Shown: one piece after another, positions 19,346 through 29,806 of the stretch
Layout of the letters: the number at the start of each line of letters is the position of its first letter
How positions within the stretch are numbered: the first letter of the stretch is position 1
Source: Arcobacteraceae bacterium
Lineage (GTDB): Bacteria; Campylobacterota; Campylobacteria; Campylobacterales; Arcobacteraceae
DNA length: 64,000 bases
Reading direction: 5' to 3'
Assembly (NCBI GenBank): GCA_048268245.1
Contig: JBLWVX010000008.1
Location: 17,127-81,126, forward strand
Notes under the pieces: model-generated
Seen by the model: the letters and a program-made list of their open reading frames with translations, nothing else
Databases searched by the model: none
What the model was told of the DNA's origin: nothing
Position numbers and translations under genes: made by a program

Positions 19346-20413
19346 TTATAAATTATCTTTTAAATATAAATAATCAGACATTTTAGTCCACTCTCTAGCT
19401 TTTTTCATATAAGCATCTTGTGAATCTAATACCTCTTTTAATAAAGGGCTTTTAGCTGACATCTCTTCTCTTAACTCTTGATTTGCTTTTTTCATAGCAT
19501 CCATAATCTCTTTTGGAAAAGTTTTAACTTTAATATTTGGTTGCTCTTTTTTCATCTTTGCCCATGCTGTTGCATTCATATCATAGTTCTGAATGTACAT
19601 GTCATAAGCACTAACTCTAATAGCAGTAGTTAAAATAATTTGTAAATCTTTTGGTAGTTTATTAAACTTTCTTTTATTTACTATAACTTGTAATTCTGAT
19701 GCTGGCTCATGCCAACCTGTATAGTAATAAGGAGCAATTTTATGAAATCCCATATTTATATCCATTGATGGTCCTACCCACTCAAGTGCATCAATTGTAT
19801 TTCTATCTAAAGCTGTATATAATTCACCTGGAGCTATGTTAGTAACTTGAATACCAAGTTTAGCCATAACTTCTCCTGCAAATCCTGGAATTCTCATCTT
19901 AAGACCTTTTAAATCTTCAAGTGTCCTAATCTCTTTTCTAAAGAAACCACCCATTTGAACACCTGTATTTCCACCAGGGAAAGATAAGATATTATGTTTA
20001 GAGTAAACTTTTTGCATTAATTCTAAACCACCACCATAATAGAACCATGCATATTGTTCAGGTGCAGTTAAACCAAAAGGCATTGAAGTAAATGGTAAAG
20101 TGTTTATATCTTTACCTTTCCAATAGTAAGAAGCAGTATGACCCATGTCATATTGTCCACCTTTTACCATATCAAGAACACCTAAAGGTGCTTTATGTTT
20201 ATTTGCTGAATCAACTTTAATAAGTAATCTTCCATTTGACATTTCATTTGCCATTTTAGATATGTTGTTTGCAGTATCAATAAGTGGAGTTGCAGTTTTA
20301 CCCCATGTTGTAGCCATCTTTAATTTATAAACTTTCTCTTTTGCTTGTGCAGACATTGACATTGCAATAAGTATTACAGATGTTACACCTAATTTTCCTA
20401 TCATTTTTTTCAT
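19346..20413 (-). CDS. dctP: TRAP transporter substrate-binding protein (DctP/TakP-like), orphan
   Basis: Signal peptide, YYWKGK, GLKMRIPG, DALEWVGP, GWHEP. Confidence 0.9.
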   Translation of the reverse strand: MKKMIGKLGVTSVILIAMSMSAQAKEKVYKLKMATTWGKTATPLIDTANNISKMANEMSNGRLLIKVDSANKHKAPLGVLDMVKGGQYDMGHTASYYWKGKDINTLPFTSMPFGLTAPEQYAWFYYGGGLELMQKVYSKHNILSFPGGNTGVQMGGFFRKEIRTLEDLKGLKMRIPGFAGEVMAKLGIQVTNIAPGELYTALDRNTIDALEWVGPSMDINMGFHKIAPYYYTGWHEPASELQVIVNKRKFNKLPKDLQIILTTAIRVSAYDMYIQNYDMNATAWAKMKKEQPNIKVKTFPKEIMDAMKKANQELREEMSAKSPLLKEVLDSQDAYMKKAREWTKMSDYLYLKDNL

Positions 20414-20493
20414 AAATACTCCTATATATAAATTTTGTTTTGAATTATATATTTATAGCAGTATTATTTAGCTTATGTGATAGTGTGAGTTAT

Positions 20494-21111
20494 TTATATG
20501 ATACAGTCTTTTATTTTATTAGTTTTGTTCCAGTTGATAGTTTTAAATTCAGGCTCATCGTAAAACTCATTAACATAACCAAAACATAAGTATCCAATAA
20601 ACTTATACTCTTTTTTATCTATATCAAGAATTTTATTTACTTTTTTTGGCTTTAAGATAGAAACCCATCCCATTCCAATATTCATAGCTCTTGCAGTTAG
20701 CCACATATTTAGAATTGCACAAACAACAGAATATTCTCCTGTTCTTTTCATATATGTTTGTCCTAATACATTGTTCTTAGGCTTTTTATAATATACAGCA
20801 ATATTAATATTAGATTCTTTGATACCTTCAAGTTTTAAAGAGTTATATATAGGTCTGTCTTTAAATTTTGATTTACTTTTATCAAAAGAGTTTTTAAAGT
20901 GTTTATATACTTTATCTTTTTGTTTATCATCAACAATAACAAATCTCCAAGGTTGAGAGTATCCAACAGATGGAGCATGTAATGCAGCATTTAAAATTCT
21001 ATTTAGTTTTTTTTGTGAGATTTTTTTTGAAGTAAAACTATTGCCTCTAACATCTCGTCTAGAAGCAATAATTTTTTCAAGAGCTTTTAGCTCTTTTTTT
21101 GTAAAGTTCAT
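20494..21111 (-). CDS. bluB: 5,6-dimethylbenzimidazole synthase (nitroreductase fold)
   Basis: RRDVRG, APSVGYSQPWRF, LKLEGIKE, YSVVCAILNMWLTARA, GWVS. Confidence 0.88.
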   Translation of the reverse strand: MNFTKKELKALEKIIASRRDVRGNSFTSKKISQKKLNRILNAALHAPSVGYSQPWRFVIVDDKQKDKVYKHFKNSFDKSKSKFKDRPIYNSLKLEGIKESNINIAVYYKKPKNNVLGQTYMKRTGEYSVVCAILNMWLTARAMNIGMGWVSILKPKKVNKILDIDKKEYKFIGYLCFGYVNEFYDEPEFKTINWNKTNKIKDCII

Positions 21112-21413
21112 TAAACAGTAAAATCGTGTAAGTCTTTAAATAAAAAGGCTTCAACAATTTCATCTATACTTTTTTGTGTTGGAGCAATTAAAGCAATAAT
21201 TCCTTCATCCATAAAAGGCCATACATACTCTTTATCATTTATTACAACAACAGCATCAATCCACTCTAAAATATCTTCTCTTCTATCATAAAATTCAACA
21301 TCAGAAATTTTACCTTCATCTAAAGTAATAAAAGCCCATGCTTTATTCTCTTCAATAGATGCGATATTACATTCATGTCTACTTTTATTATCAACAGGTA
21401 TTAGTACTGTCAT
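21111..21413 (-). CDS. Hypothetical protein, possibly NifX/NifB-like fold
   Basis: 100-aa ORF with AAAGAGGA RBS, TAATG-coupled to bluB; fold call is tentative. Confidence 0.6.
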   Translation of the reverse strand: MTVLIPVDNKSRHECNIASIEENKAWAFITLDEGKISDVEFYDRREDILEWIDAVVVINDKEYVWPFMDEGIIALIAPTQKSIDEIVEAFLFKDLHDFTV

Positions 21414-21461
21414 AAATCCTCTTTTCTTTTTTATATTCTTAGGATTTTACAATTTTTTATC

Positions 21462-23252
21462 TTAAGATAAAAACTCTTTTTTATACCATAAAGAGAAAAC
21501 AAACAATGAGTAAAGATGCTGTTTAAATTTTCTTTGTTTTGATAGCTCATAAATATGTTTTACATATTCATCATTAAAAAGGTTTGTATGTTTATTTACA
21601 TCAAGAATTGTTTCTAAAATCGAGTTTCCATACTCTTGATTTAGCCACTCATTAAAAGGAGAGTTAAAACCTTTTTTTGTTCTATTTATGATTTGTTTTG
21701 GTATATACGTTGAAGCAATTTTCTTTAATAAATATTTATTTGTATTTCCAACTTTAATATCTGATTGAATACTAAACATATAATTCACTAAATTAAAATC
21801 TAAAAATGGAGTTCGCACTTCCAAAGAGTTTCTCATAGAAATTCTATCAACCTTTGAAAGTAATCCTTCGCCTAACCAAATTTTTAAATCAATATAACTC
21901 ATCCAATCAACTGGATCTTTTTTTGCTTTCTCATTTTTAAAAGTTGGAACTTTTTTAAAAAGTCTCTTTTTTTGAATATCTGTATATATTTCCCCAAAAG
22001 AGTTATAAAGATTTTGTTTTTTAACAATTCTTCTTAGATACTCACTCTCTTTAGTATTGTTTTGCAGTGCACCAATAATATCATCCAAAAATTCATTTTG
22101 ATCATTTGATAGAGTTTTCTCAAAATCATAGTATTTTAAAAATTTTGCATAATTATCATAACCTAAAAAAATCTCATCACTACCTTCACCTGATAAAACA
22201 GTTTTTATTCCACTTTGATGAATCTTTTTAGTAAGAATATTCAAAGGAATTGCAGCAGAATCACCATGTGGCTCTTCTAAAGCTTCTAAACTATCTTCAA
22301 AATGCTCAATAAAGTCTTTTTTAGATATCTCAACTGGATTATGATTTGAACCTATATGTTCTGCTGTAATCTTTGCATAATCTAATTCACAATAGTTTTT
22401 ATACTCATTGTATCCAACAGAAAAAGTATTTATTTTCTTCCCTGATATTTTTGTATATAAAGCAGATACAAGTGAGCTATCAATTCCACCACTTAAAAGT
22501 GAGGCAACTTCAACATCAGATGTTAGTCTTGATTCAACTGCATTAAATAAAAGCTCTTCAATCTTCTCTAAAGCCTCATTTTCGTCTTTTACTGCTTTAT
22601 AAGTGTTTATCTTATAGAAACGCTTCTTTTTAAGCTGTGAGTCTTTATTTGGCTCATAAACCATATATGTTGCAGCATCAAGTTTAAAAATGTCTTGAAA
22701 GAAAGTATCTTCACCAAAAGATACAAAATATTGCATATATTTAGAAAGTGCTACTTTATTTAGTTTTGGTTTGGAATCAAGTAGATTTACAACAGATTTA
22801 ATAGAAGAAGAAAAAATAAACTTTTTATCTTTAAAGTAATAGAAGAATGGTTTTTTTCCATATCTATCCCTAGCACAAAAATATCTATTCTTTTTTATAT
22901 CATAAAGTGTAAAAGAAAACATTCCATTTAGCTTATTTAAAAAATCAAATTCATATTTTTGATAAAGTCTTATTAAAACTTCACTATCACTTTTTGTTTT
23001 ACATTCAAGCTGTTCATCAATAATTAATTGTTTATAATTGTAAATCTCACCATTGAAAACTAAAACTATATCATCAAAAAACATAGGCTGATTAGCTTCT
23101 TGGTCTAAATCAATAATAGCAAGTCTTGTATGTCCAAACTCTTTATCTTCAATTTTTATTGAATTTTGATAATCTGGACCTCTATTATTTAACATTTTCA
23201 AAGAAGAAGCAAAATTTTCACTTATAAAATTTGTTCCTAAAATTCCACACAT
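21462..23252 (-). CDS. asnB: Asparagine synthase (glutamine-hydrolysing) family amidotransferase
   Basis: MCGI Ntn start at 23252, RGPD, HTRLAIID, FNGEIYN, LSGGIDSS, SGEGSDE. Confidence 0.92.
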   Translation of the reverse strand: MCGILGTNFISENFASSLKMLNNRGPDYQNSIKIEDKEFGHTRLAIIDLDQEANQPMFFDDIVLVFNGEIYNYKQLIIDEQLECKTKSDSEVLIRLYQKYEFDFLNKLNGMFSFTLYDIKKNRYFCARDRYGKKPFFYYFKDKKFIFSSSIKSVVNLLDSKPKLNKVALSKYMQYFVSFGEDTFFQDIFKLDAATYMVYEPNKDSQLKKKRFYKINTYKAVKDENEALEKIEELLFNAVESRLTSDVEVASLLSGGIDSSLVSALYTKISGKKINTFSVGYNEYKNYCELDYAKITAEHIGSNHNPVEISKKDFIEHFEDSLEALEEPHGDSAAIPLNILTKKIHQSGIKTVLSGEGSDEIFLGYDNYAKFLKYYDFEKTLSNDQNEFLDDIIGALQNNTKESEYLRRIVKKQNLYNSFGEIYTDIQKKRLFKKVPTFKNEKAKKDPVDWMSYIDLKIWLGEGLLSKVDRISMRNSLEVRTPFLDFNLVNYMFSIQSDIKVGNTNKYLLKKIASTYIPKQIINRTKKGFNSPFNEWLNQEYGNSILETILDVNKHTNLFNDEYVKHIYELSKQRKFKQHLYSLFVFSLWYKKEFLS

Positions 23253-23253
23253 A

Positions 23254-24153
23254 TTACAATCCAAAAAAACTATTTATAATTAAAATATAAAAATACATTA
23301 AAGCAACAAAGAAAAACGAACTAACTAAAACAGAAAATGTTGTATCAATTGGTTTACAGTTATATAAAGCTGATAAATTTACATTATTTACAGCAAGTGG
23401 TACTATTAACTCTAAAAAGATTATTGCTGAAACAAAAGGATCTATATTAAATAATAAAATAATATATAAACCAATAATTGGTAAAATAACATGTTTAAAT
23501 AAAGTAATATTTAGTGATAACTTCCAATTAGCAGTTTTTATTCTAACTTGAGACATAAATATTCCAAAGATTACAAGCTGCATAACAATAGCTGCATAAG
23601 CACCCATAGTAAATACTTTATCAAAGTTATCACTTAATTCAAAGCCGTTATAGTTAAAAGTAAGAGCAGCAACAGCAAACCAAATAGCAGGTATTTTAAA
23701 TATCTCTTTTAAAGCATCACTAAATTTAAATTTATCTCCTGCAAAGAAGTACACAGAGAAAATGTAAATAAAGAATATATTTGCAATATTTAAAATAGAA
23801 GTATAAGGAACACTTGCCTCTCCAAATAAAGCAATACCTAAAGGAATACCAAGATTACCAGTATTTCCTACAAGGGCTGAAGCCATAAATATAGATTTAT
23901 CTTGATAATTATTTCTAAAAAGCTTTAAAGAGTAAAAAAAAGCTATTCCCATAGTAATAAAAATGGCAATGAAATATATAATTGGAGAGATAATAAACTC
24001 ATCATTTATAGGTGCTCTAGTTAATCCCCAAAAAATTAGTATAGGTTGTAAAAAATACAAGTTTAAAATTACAAAACTTCTTTCATTCACTTCATTTTTA
24101 AAAATACGTTTAAAGGTAAAACCAATAAGAATAAAGATGTATATAGTTGCCAC
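23254..24153 (-). CDS. AEC (auxin efflux carrier) family transporter
   Basis: Multi-TM protein, GNTGNLGIPLG; start uncertain (GTG 24153 or ATC 24171). Confidence 0.85.
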   Translation of the reverse strand: MATIYIFILIGFTFKRIFKNEVNERSFVILNLYFLQPILIFWGLTRAPINDEFIISPIIYFIAIFITMGIAFFYSLKLFRNNYQDKSIFMASALVGNTGNLGIPLGIALFGEASVPYTSILNIANIFFIYIFSVYFFAGDKFKFSDALKEIFKIPAIWFAVAALTFNYNGFELSDNFDKVFTMGAYAAIVMQLVIFGIFMSQVRIKTANWKLSLNITLFKHVILPIIGLYIILLFNIDPFVSAIIFLELIVPLAVNNVNLSALYNCKPIDTTFSVLVSSFFFVALMYFYILIINSFFGL

Positions 24154-24237
24154 AGAGACTAATGCTTCGATAGTATATCCTAAATTATTTTTTCGAATTT
24201 TATCATAATGTAATATAATCTTAGCTATATTTTCTAA

Positions 24238-24624
24238 ATGTATGAAAATTTAAAAAACAAAACGGTTTTATATATTGAAGATGATAAATTTATTAGAGAA
24301 CAAACTTCTTCTCTATTAAATGTTGTATTTGGAAATGTACATACTGCGGAAAATGGACAAGAAGGCCTTACTTTATTTAAAGAACACTCAAGTAATATAG
24401 ATGCTATTATTACTGATATAAATATGCCTATTCTAACAGGTATTCAAATGTGTAAGGAACTTAGAAGTTGTAGTAGTTTTGATACCCCAATTATTGGAGT
24501 ATCAGCATATTCAGATGATGATAATATGCTAAATGAATCAAAAAACTTATTTACTTTGTATCTTAGAAAACCTATTGAGATAAAAGATTTAATTGACTCA
24601 ATTGAAGAGGTTATTACAGGATAA
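24238..24624 (+). CDS. Single-domain response regulator
   Basis: YIEDD, ITDINMP, SAY, KP. Confidence 0.88.
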   Translation: MYENLKNKTVLYIEDDKFIREQTSSLLNVVFGNVHTAENGQEGLTLFKEHSSNIDAIITDINMPILTGIQMCKELRSCSSFDTPIIGVSAYSDDDNMLNESKNLFTLYLRKPIEIKDLIDSIEEVITG

Positions 24625-24628
24625 TAAA

Positions 24629-26209
24629 TTATCCCATAATACCTTTAATCATAAAGAAGATAGCAGCACTTAGCATTGCAGCAGCTGGTACTGTAATAAT
24701 CCAAGCAGCTACAATTTTCTTAACTGCATCTCTTTTTACATATTTTGTACTTTTTGCTTCTTTTACATCTTTTTTCTCTTGCTTAACAACTTCTTGTTTT
24801 TCTTCAATACCTTTGTATAATTCGACAATTCTCACATAATCAGATTTAGATTTTTTCTCAATAGCTTCTAATTCATCTAACTCAGCTGTCATAGAGTCAA
24901 GCTCTTTTTTATGCTTTTTAAATTTCTTTCTTAATTGTTGAACAGCTCTTGTTTCATGGTTATCTAAATACTCTCTTAAGAAACCAACACCAAATACACC
25001 ACCAACTGCAATATGAGTTGATGAAACAGGTAATCCTAATTGAGAAGCAATAATTACTGTAATAGCAGCAGCCATAGCAATAGAAAATGCTCTCATTTGA
25101 TCAAGTTCAGTAATCTCAGAACCAACAGTTTTAATAAGCTTAGGACCGAATAGGGCAAGACCAACAGCAATACCAAGAGCACCAACAGCCATAACCCAAA
25201 AAGGAATATCAACTTTAGAGTTAATACCATTACTCATAATTGCATCATTAATAGCAGCTAATGGTCCAATTGCATTAGCAACATCATTTGCACCATGGGC
25301 AAAAGAAAGAAGTGCAGCAGCAAAAATTAAAGGAATTGTAAATAAACTATTTACAGAGGCTCTATCATTTTCTAATTTATCAGAAGCTTTTGCAATCATT
25401 GGTTTTACTACAAAATAAACAATAGCAGCAATTATTAAACCAATAATTGAAGCTGTAATAAAATCTAATTTAATGATTTTTTTAATTCCTTTTAGAATTA
25501 AGTAAGTAGAGAATGACCAAGTCATAATGGCTATTAAATAAGGAACAACAACTTTAGCAGAATTAATCATATCTTTTTTAAAGACTATTTTGCTCTTAAT
25601 CAAATACAAGAACCCAGCTGCAATTAAACCTCCAAGAACTGGTGAAATAACCCAAGAAGCAGCAATTTTTCCCATAGTTCCCCATGAAACAATAGCAAAA
25701 CCAGCAGCAGCAATACCAGCACCCATTACTCCACCAACAATAGAGTGAGTAGTTGATACAGGAGCTCCAATAGAAGTAGCGAAGTTAAGCCATAAAGCAG
25801 CCGATAGTAACGCAGCTGTCATAGCCCAAATAAAGATTTGAGGATCAGCAATTAAAGCTGGATCAATAATACCTTTTTTAATTGTTTTTACAACATCTCC
25901 ACCTGCAATAAAAGCACCCAGTGCTTCAAAAATTGCAGCTATTATGATAGCCCACATAAGTGTAAGTGCCTTAGAACCAACAGCAGGTCCTACGTTATTT
26001 GCAACATCATTTGCACCTATATTCATAGCCATATATGCACCAAATACAGCACCAATAATCAGAAATGAATTATTAGGAACATCTCCATGAGATGTGTAAG
26101 ACCATAAGAATACTAATGCTACGAATAGCAATGCTAATGAAACTTTTGCAAAACCAGGAAGTGTCTTGTCAGTAGCTTTTTCAAGCTTGTTATATGTTTT
26201 AATGTCCAA
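24629..26209 (-). CDS. PiT-family inorganic phosphate transporter
   Basis: Two GANDVAN signatures, PVSTTH and PVSSTH; probable TTG start 26209. Confidence 0.92.
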   Translation of the reverse strand: MDIKTYNKLEKATDKTLPGFAKVSLALLFVALVFLWSYTSHGDVPNNSFLIIGAVFGAYMAMNIGANDVANNVGPAVGSKALTLMWAIIIAAIFEALGAFIAGGDVVKTIKKGIIDPALIADPQIFIWAMTAALLSAALWLNFATSIGAPVSTTHSIVGGVMGAGIAAAGFAIVSWGTMGKIAASWVISPVLGGLIAAGFLYLIKSKIVFKKDMINSAKVVVPYLIAIMTWSFSTYLILKGIKKIIKLDFITASIIGLIIAAIVYFVVKPMIAKASDKLENDRASVNSLFTIPLIFAAALLSFAHGANDVANAIGPLAAINDAIMSNGINSKVDIPFWVMAVGALGIAVGLALFGPKLIKTVGSEITELDQMRAFSIAMAAAITVIIASQLGLPVSSTHIAVGGVFGVGFLREYLDNHETRAVQQLRKKFKKHKKELDSMTAELDELEAIEKKSKSDYVRIVELYKGIEEKQEVVKQEKKDVKEAKSTKYVKRDAVKKIVAAWIITVPAAAMLSAAIFFMIKGIMG

Positions 26210-26468
26210 TGTAACCCTTTTAGAAACCATTTTGTAACTTAAATTTATTAATATTTTAATGGATAGTTCCTTACTTATCATTTAAGAAAACTTAAAGTTA
26301 TTATGACTAAAATACCTATATTACAGCATATCTCTATATTATATTCCTGATTTTTTTTCAAATTCTTTTTAAATCTTATTTATTTAGTGTTATATCCAAA
26401 TTTGACAAAAATATTTTTTTTATATATAATAGTCATATAATATAGATAAAATATATAAAGGAGATAAA

Positions 26469-26684
26469 ATGAGAGTAACAATTCTTTCTAAAAAAGATCT
26501 TCCAAATATCGAAAAAATACAAGATGAGTTTGATATTTTTAGAGTAGTAAAAGTAAAAACTAGAGAAAAGCTTGATATGATTGAGTTTTTTAATAAAGAT
26601 GGTGTATTTAGAGGTTTTGGTAAAGATACAAAAGCAGCTTATAAAAAAGCTAAGAAAGCTTTAAAAAGCTATTATAATCAATAG
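26469..26684 (+). CDS. Hypothetical basic 71-aa protein
   Basis: AAAGGAG RBS, upstream TATAAT, host-like codon usage. Confidence 0.7.
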   Translation: MRVTILSKKDLPNIEKIQDEFDIFRVVKVKTREKLDMIEFFNKDGVFRGFGKDTKAAYKKAKKALKSYYNQ

Positions 26685-26693
26685 AAGAAGAGA

Positions 26694-28199
26694 TTAATCT
26701 CTTCTTCTATTTCTGCTTCCACCACTTGAGTTTCCACCTCTTGAACCTCTAGAGTCTCTATTTCTAGAATCTCTTCTTCCATTGTTTCCACCTCTTGAAC
26801 CATTTCTTGATCCACCTCTGTGTCCACCTCTTGAGTTTCTATTTCCGCCTCTTTTATCAGAACCGCTACTATTTTTAGCTCTTTCAATTAATCTTTCAAT
26901 ATCATTTTCAGATTTACCTATCTTATTGTTACCTTTAACATAAGTAGACTCCGAAATCATTGAAGCTAATTTAAATGCAATAGTTGAAATATCAAACTCT
27001 TCTTTTAAATCTTCAACAAGTTGTAAAGCATGATCTTTAACATCTTGGTTTGTAATCTTTTGTTTTAAATCAGTTACTTTTTTCTCTTTTACAGAAGAGA
27101 TATTAGGAACTTGTTTACCTTCAAGTTTAGAACCTGTAGTTTTTTCAATTTTTTGAAGCATTCTAAATTCGTGTGGAGTTACAATTGAAACTGCCATACC
27201 TTCTTTTCCTGCTCTACCTGTTCTACCAATTCTATGTACATAAGACTCAGAATCAAATGGTAAATGGTAATTAAATACGTGAGTTACATCACTTACATCA
27301 AGTCCTCTTGCAGCAACGTCTGTTGCAATTAAGATTTCTAATTTAGATGTTTTAAAAGCTCTAATAGCTTCTTCTCTTTGTCTTTGCTCCATATCACCAT
27401 GAAGACCTTTAGCCATGTATCCTTGAGATACTAAAAATGTAGATAATCTATCAACTTCTTTTTTTGTTCTACAGAAAATGATTGATTTATCAGGGTTTTT
27501 AAAATCAAATAGTCTGATTAAAGCATCATCTCTTTCATGCTCATCAACTACGTAATATGTTTGAGTAATTTTTGAATTCGTTACTTCTTTTTTTGTAATA
27601 GTAATAAACTCAGGCTCAACTAAAATTGTTCTAGCTAAATTTTTAATTGCTGTAGGCATAGTAGCAGAGAAAAGAACTGTTTGTCTTGTTGCTGGCATAA
27701 AAGTGAAAATCTCTTTAATGTCGTCTAAGAATCCCATATCTAACATCTCATCAGCTTCATCTAAAACTACATAAGATGGTTTAATATCAATTTTCTTATC
27801 TCTTAATAAATCTAAAAATCTACCTGGTGTTGCAATAATTACACTTGCATTTGCAATGTGTTTTAATTGTCTTGAATATGATTGTCCACCATAAACAGTT
27901 GCTGTATTAATACCTAAAAATTTTCCAAACCTAAAAATTTCATCAGAAACTTGCATCGCAAGCTCTCTTGTTGGAACTATTATAACTGCTTCAACCGAAC
28001 CATCACACTTGATCATATTTAATATTGGAAGACCAAAAGCAGCTGTCTTTCCAGTACCAGTTTGAGCTTGTCCTACAATATCCTTACCGCTTAAAACAAC
28101 AGGAATTGCTTTCTCTTGAATAGGACTTGGCTCTTGAAATCCAGCACTGTCTATCGCCTTTTGTAAATCTTCTTTTAAATTAAATTCGTTAAATGTCAT
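26694..28199 (-). CDS. DEAD-box RNA helicase with RGG-rich tail
   Basis: Q motif, AQTGTGKT, PTRELA, DEAD, SAT, HRIGRTGR. Confidence 0.96.
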   Translation of the reverse strand: MTFNEFNLKEDLQKAIDSAGFQEPSPIQEKAIPVVLSGKDIVGQAQTGTGKTAAFGLPILNMIKCDGSVEAVIIVPTRELAMQVSDEIFRFGKFLGINTATVYGGQSYSRQLKHIANASVIIATPGRFLDLLRDKKIDIKPSYVVLDEADEMLDMGFLDDIKEIFTFMPATRQTVLFSATMPTAIKNLARTILVEPEFITITKKEVTNSKITQTYYVVDEHERDDALIRLFDFKNPDKSIIFCRTKKEVDRLSTFLVSQGYMAKGLHGDMEQRQREEAIRAFKTSKLEILIATDVAARGLDVSDVTHVFNYHLPFDSESYVHRIGRTGRAGKEGMAVSIVTPHEFRMLQKIEKTTGSKLEGKQVPNISSVKEKKVTDLKQKITNQDVKDHALQLVEDLKEEFDISTIAFKLASMISESTYVKGNNKIGKSENDIERLIERAKNSSGSDKRGGNRNSRGGHRGGSRNGSRGGNNGRRDSRNRDSRGSRGGNSSGGSRNRRRD

Positions 28200-28415
28200 T
28201 CGTTACCTTAGTATAATTTGTAAAATTGATACACAGGATTATATAGTTATCTTCTCAATAATTGAACATAAACATTTGTACTAATGTGTTGTTTTTTGTG
28301 AGTAGGTCAGCTTATTATAATATTCTTTTCGTATAAAAGAATTAATAGGGTATATAAAATGTGTATAATTTGAAGTCATTATACTTAATTTTATATAAAT
28401 TTAAGCTTTAAGGAT

Positions 28416-28440
28416 AAAAGAGGCTATTTTAGCCTCTTTT
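28416..28440 (-). terminator. Intrinsic terminator after accC
   Basis: AAAAGAGGCTA-ttt-TAGCCTCTTTT. Confidence 0.8.
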
Positions 28441-28441
28441 A

Positions 28442-29794
28442 TTATAAATCTTCTAGGCTTTTGTAACCTTCAAGATATTTAGTGTCATAGTTATTTGAAA
28501 TAAAGTCTTCATTTTCCATCATTTTTTGGTGGAATGGAATAGTTGTTTTAATTCCTTCTACTTCAAACTCATTTAAAGCTCTTTTCATAATGTTAATAGC
28601 TTTATTTCTATCTCTTCCCCAAACAATTAGTTTACCAATCATTGAGTCGTAATATGGTGGTACTACATAACCAGCATATACATGAGAATCAACCCTTACA
28701 TTTCTTCCACCTGGAACAAACCATTGTTTTACTTTTCCAGGACAAGGTAAGAATGAGTTTGGATCTTCAGCTGTAATTCTAACTTCAATAGAATGACCTC
28801 TGAACTTGATTTTTTCTTGAGGAGGTAACTCTTCACCTTCTGCAACTTTAATCATTAATTCAATAATGTCAATTCCTGATACCATTTCAGATACAGGGTG
28901 CTCAACTTGAAGTCTAGTATTCATTTCCATAAAGTAAATGTTTTGTTTATCATCTGCTAAAAATTCAAAAGTACCAGCACCTTCATATTTTAGGTATTTA
29001 GTAGCTTTTACTGCAACATCATGTAAATGTGCTCTTGTTTCATCATTTAATAAAATTGCAGGTGATTCTTCAATAACTTTTTGATGTCTTCTTTGTAATG
29101 AACAATCTCTCTCACCAATATGGATAGCGTTACCATGAGAATCTCCAACAACCTGAACTTCAATGTGTCTTGGGTTATTAATAAATCTCTCTAAATACAT
29201 TGTACCATCACCAAATGCAGCTAATGCTTCTGAAGATGCAGCCATAAATAATTGATCGAATTCAGACTCTTCCATGATAAGTCTCATTCCTCTACCACCA
29301 CCACCAGCAGATGCTTTAGCCATAATAGGGTAACCAATCTCCTGTGCAGCTTTTCTAGCTTCTTCAAGTGTATGTACTGCACCATCAGAACCAGGAACTA
29401 CAGGAACACCAGCTCTAATCATCTCTTCTTTTGCTTTAGATTTATCAGCCATTTTCTCCATTACATCAGTAGAAGGACCAATAAATTTAATACCATGTAG
29501 CTTACAAATTTCAACAAAGTCTTGGTTTTCAGATAAGAAACCATAACCTGGGAAGATTGCATCACATCCAGTCATTTCTGCTGCTGTAATAATTGCAGGA
29601 ATGTTTAAATATGAATCAGATGACTTAGCGCCACCAATACATACTGCTTCATCTGCATGCTTTAAATAAGAAGCATTTTTATCTCCAGCAGAGTAAACAG
29701 CAACAGACTTTTTACCCATCTCTCTAATAGTTCTAATAGCTCTTTGAACTATTTCACCTCTATTAGCGATTAATATTTTTTTAATTTCTGCCAT
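28442..29794 (-). CDS. accC: Acetyl-CoA carboxylase biotin carboxylase subunit
   Basis: IANRGEI, PGYGFLSEN, GGGGRGM, RDCSLQRRHQK, EMNTRLQVEH. Confidence 0.96.
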   Translation of the reverse strand: MAEIKKILIANRGEIVQRAIRTIREMGKKSVAVYSAGDKNASYLKHADEAVCIGGAKSSDSYLNIPAIITAAEMTGCDAIFPGYGFLSENQDFVEICKLHGIKFIGPSTDVMEKMADKSKAKEEMIRAGVPVVPGSDGAVHTLEEARKAAQEIGYPIMAKASAGGGGRGMRLIMEESEFDQLFMAASSEALAAFGDGTMYLERFINNPRHIEVQVVGDSHGNAIHIGERDCSLQRRHQKVIEESPAILLNDETRAHLHDVAVKATKYLKYEGAGTFEFLADDKQNIYFMEMNTRLQVEHPVSEMVSGIDIIELMIKVAEGEELPPQEKIKFRGHSIEVRITAEDPNSFLPCPGKVKQWFVPGGRNVRVDSHVYAGYVVPPYYDSMIGKLIVWGRDRNKAINIMKRALNEFEVEGIKTTIPFHQKMMENEDFISNNYDTKYLEGYKSLEDL

Positions 29795-29806
29795 AATTAG
29801 CTCTTA

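Noticed and set aside
24720..24975. Charged coiled-coil insertion near the PiT C-terminus
   Set aside because: Soluble loops of variable length are common in PiT transporters; no evidence of an intein or separate domain
26210..26468. Pho-box-like site upstream of the phosphate transporter
   Set aside because: Only a single half-site (ATGACT at 26303), without a second repeat or a correctly spaced -10
26678..26887. 69-aa Glu/Val-rich ORF and short CCACCTCTTGA repeats
   Set aside because: Alternate frame of the helicase RGG-rich tail; the repeats are irregular with no spacers, so not a CRISPR array
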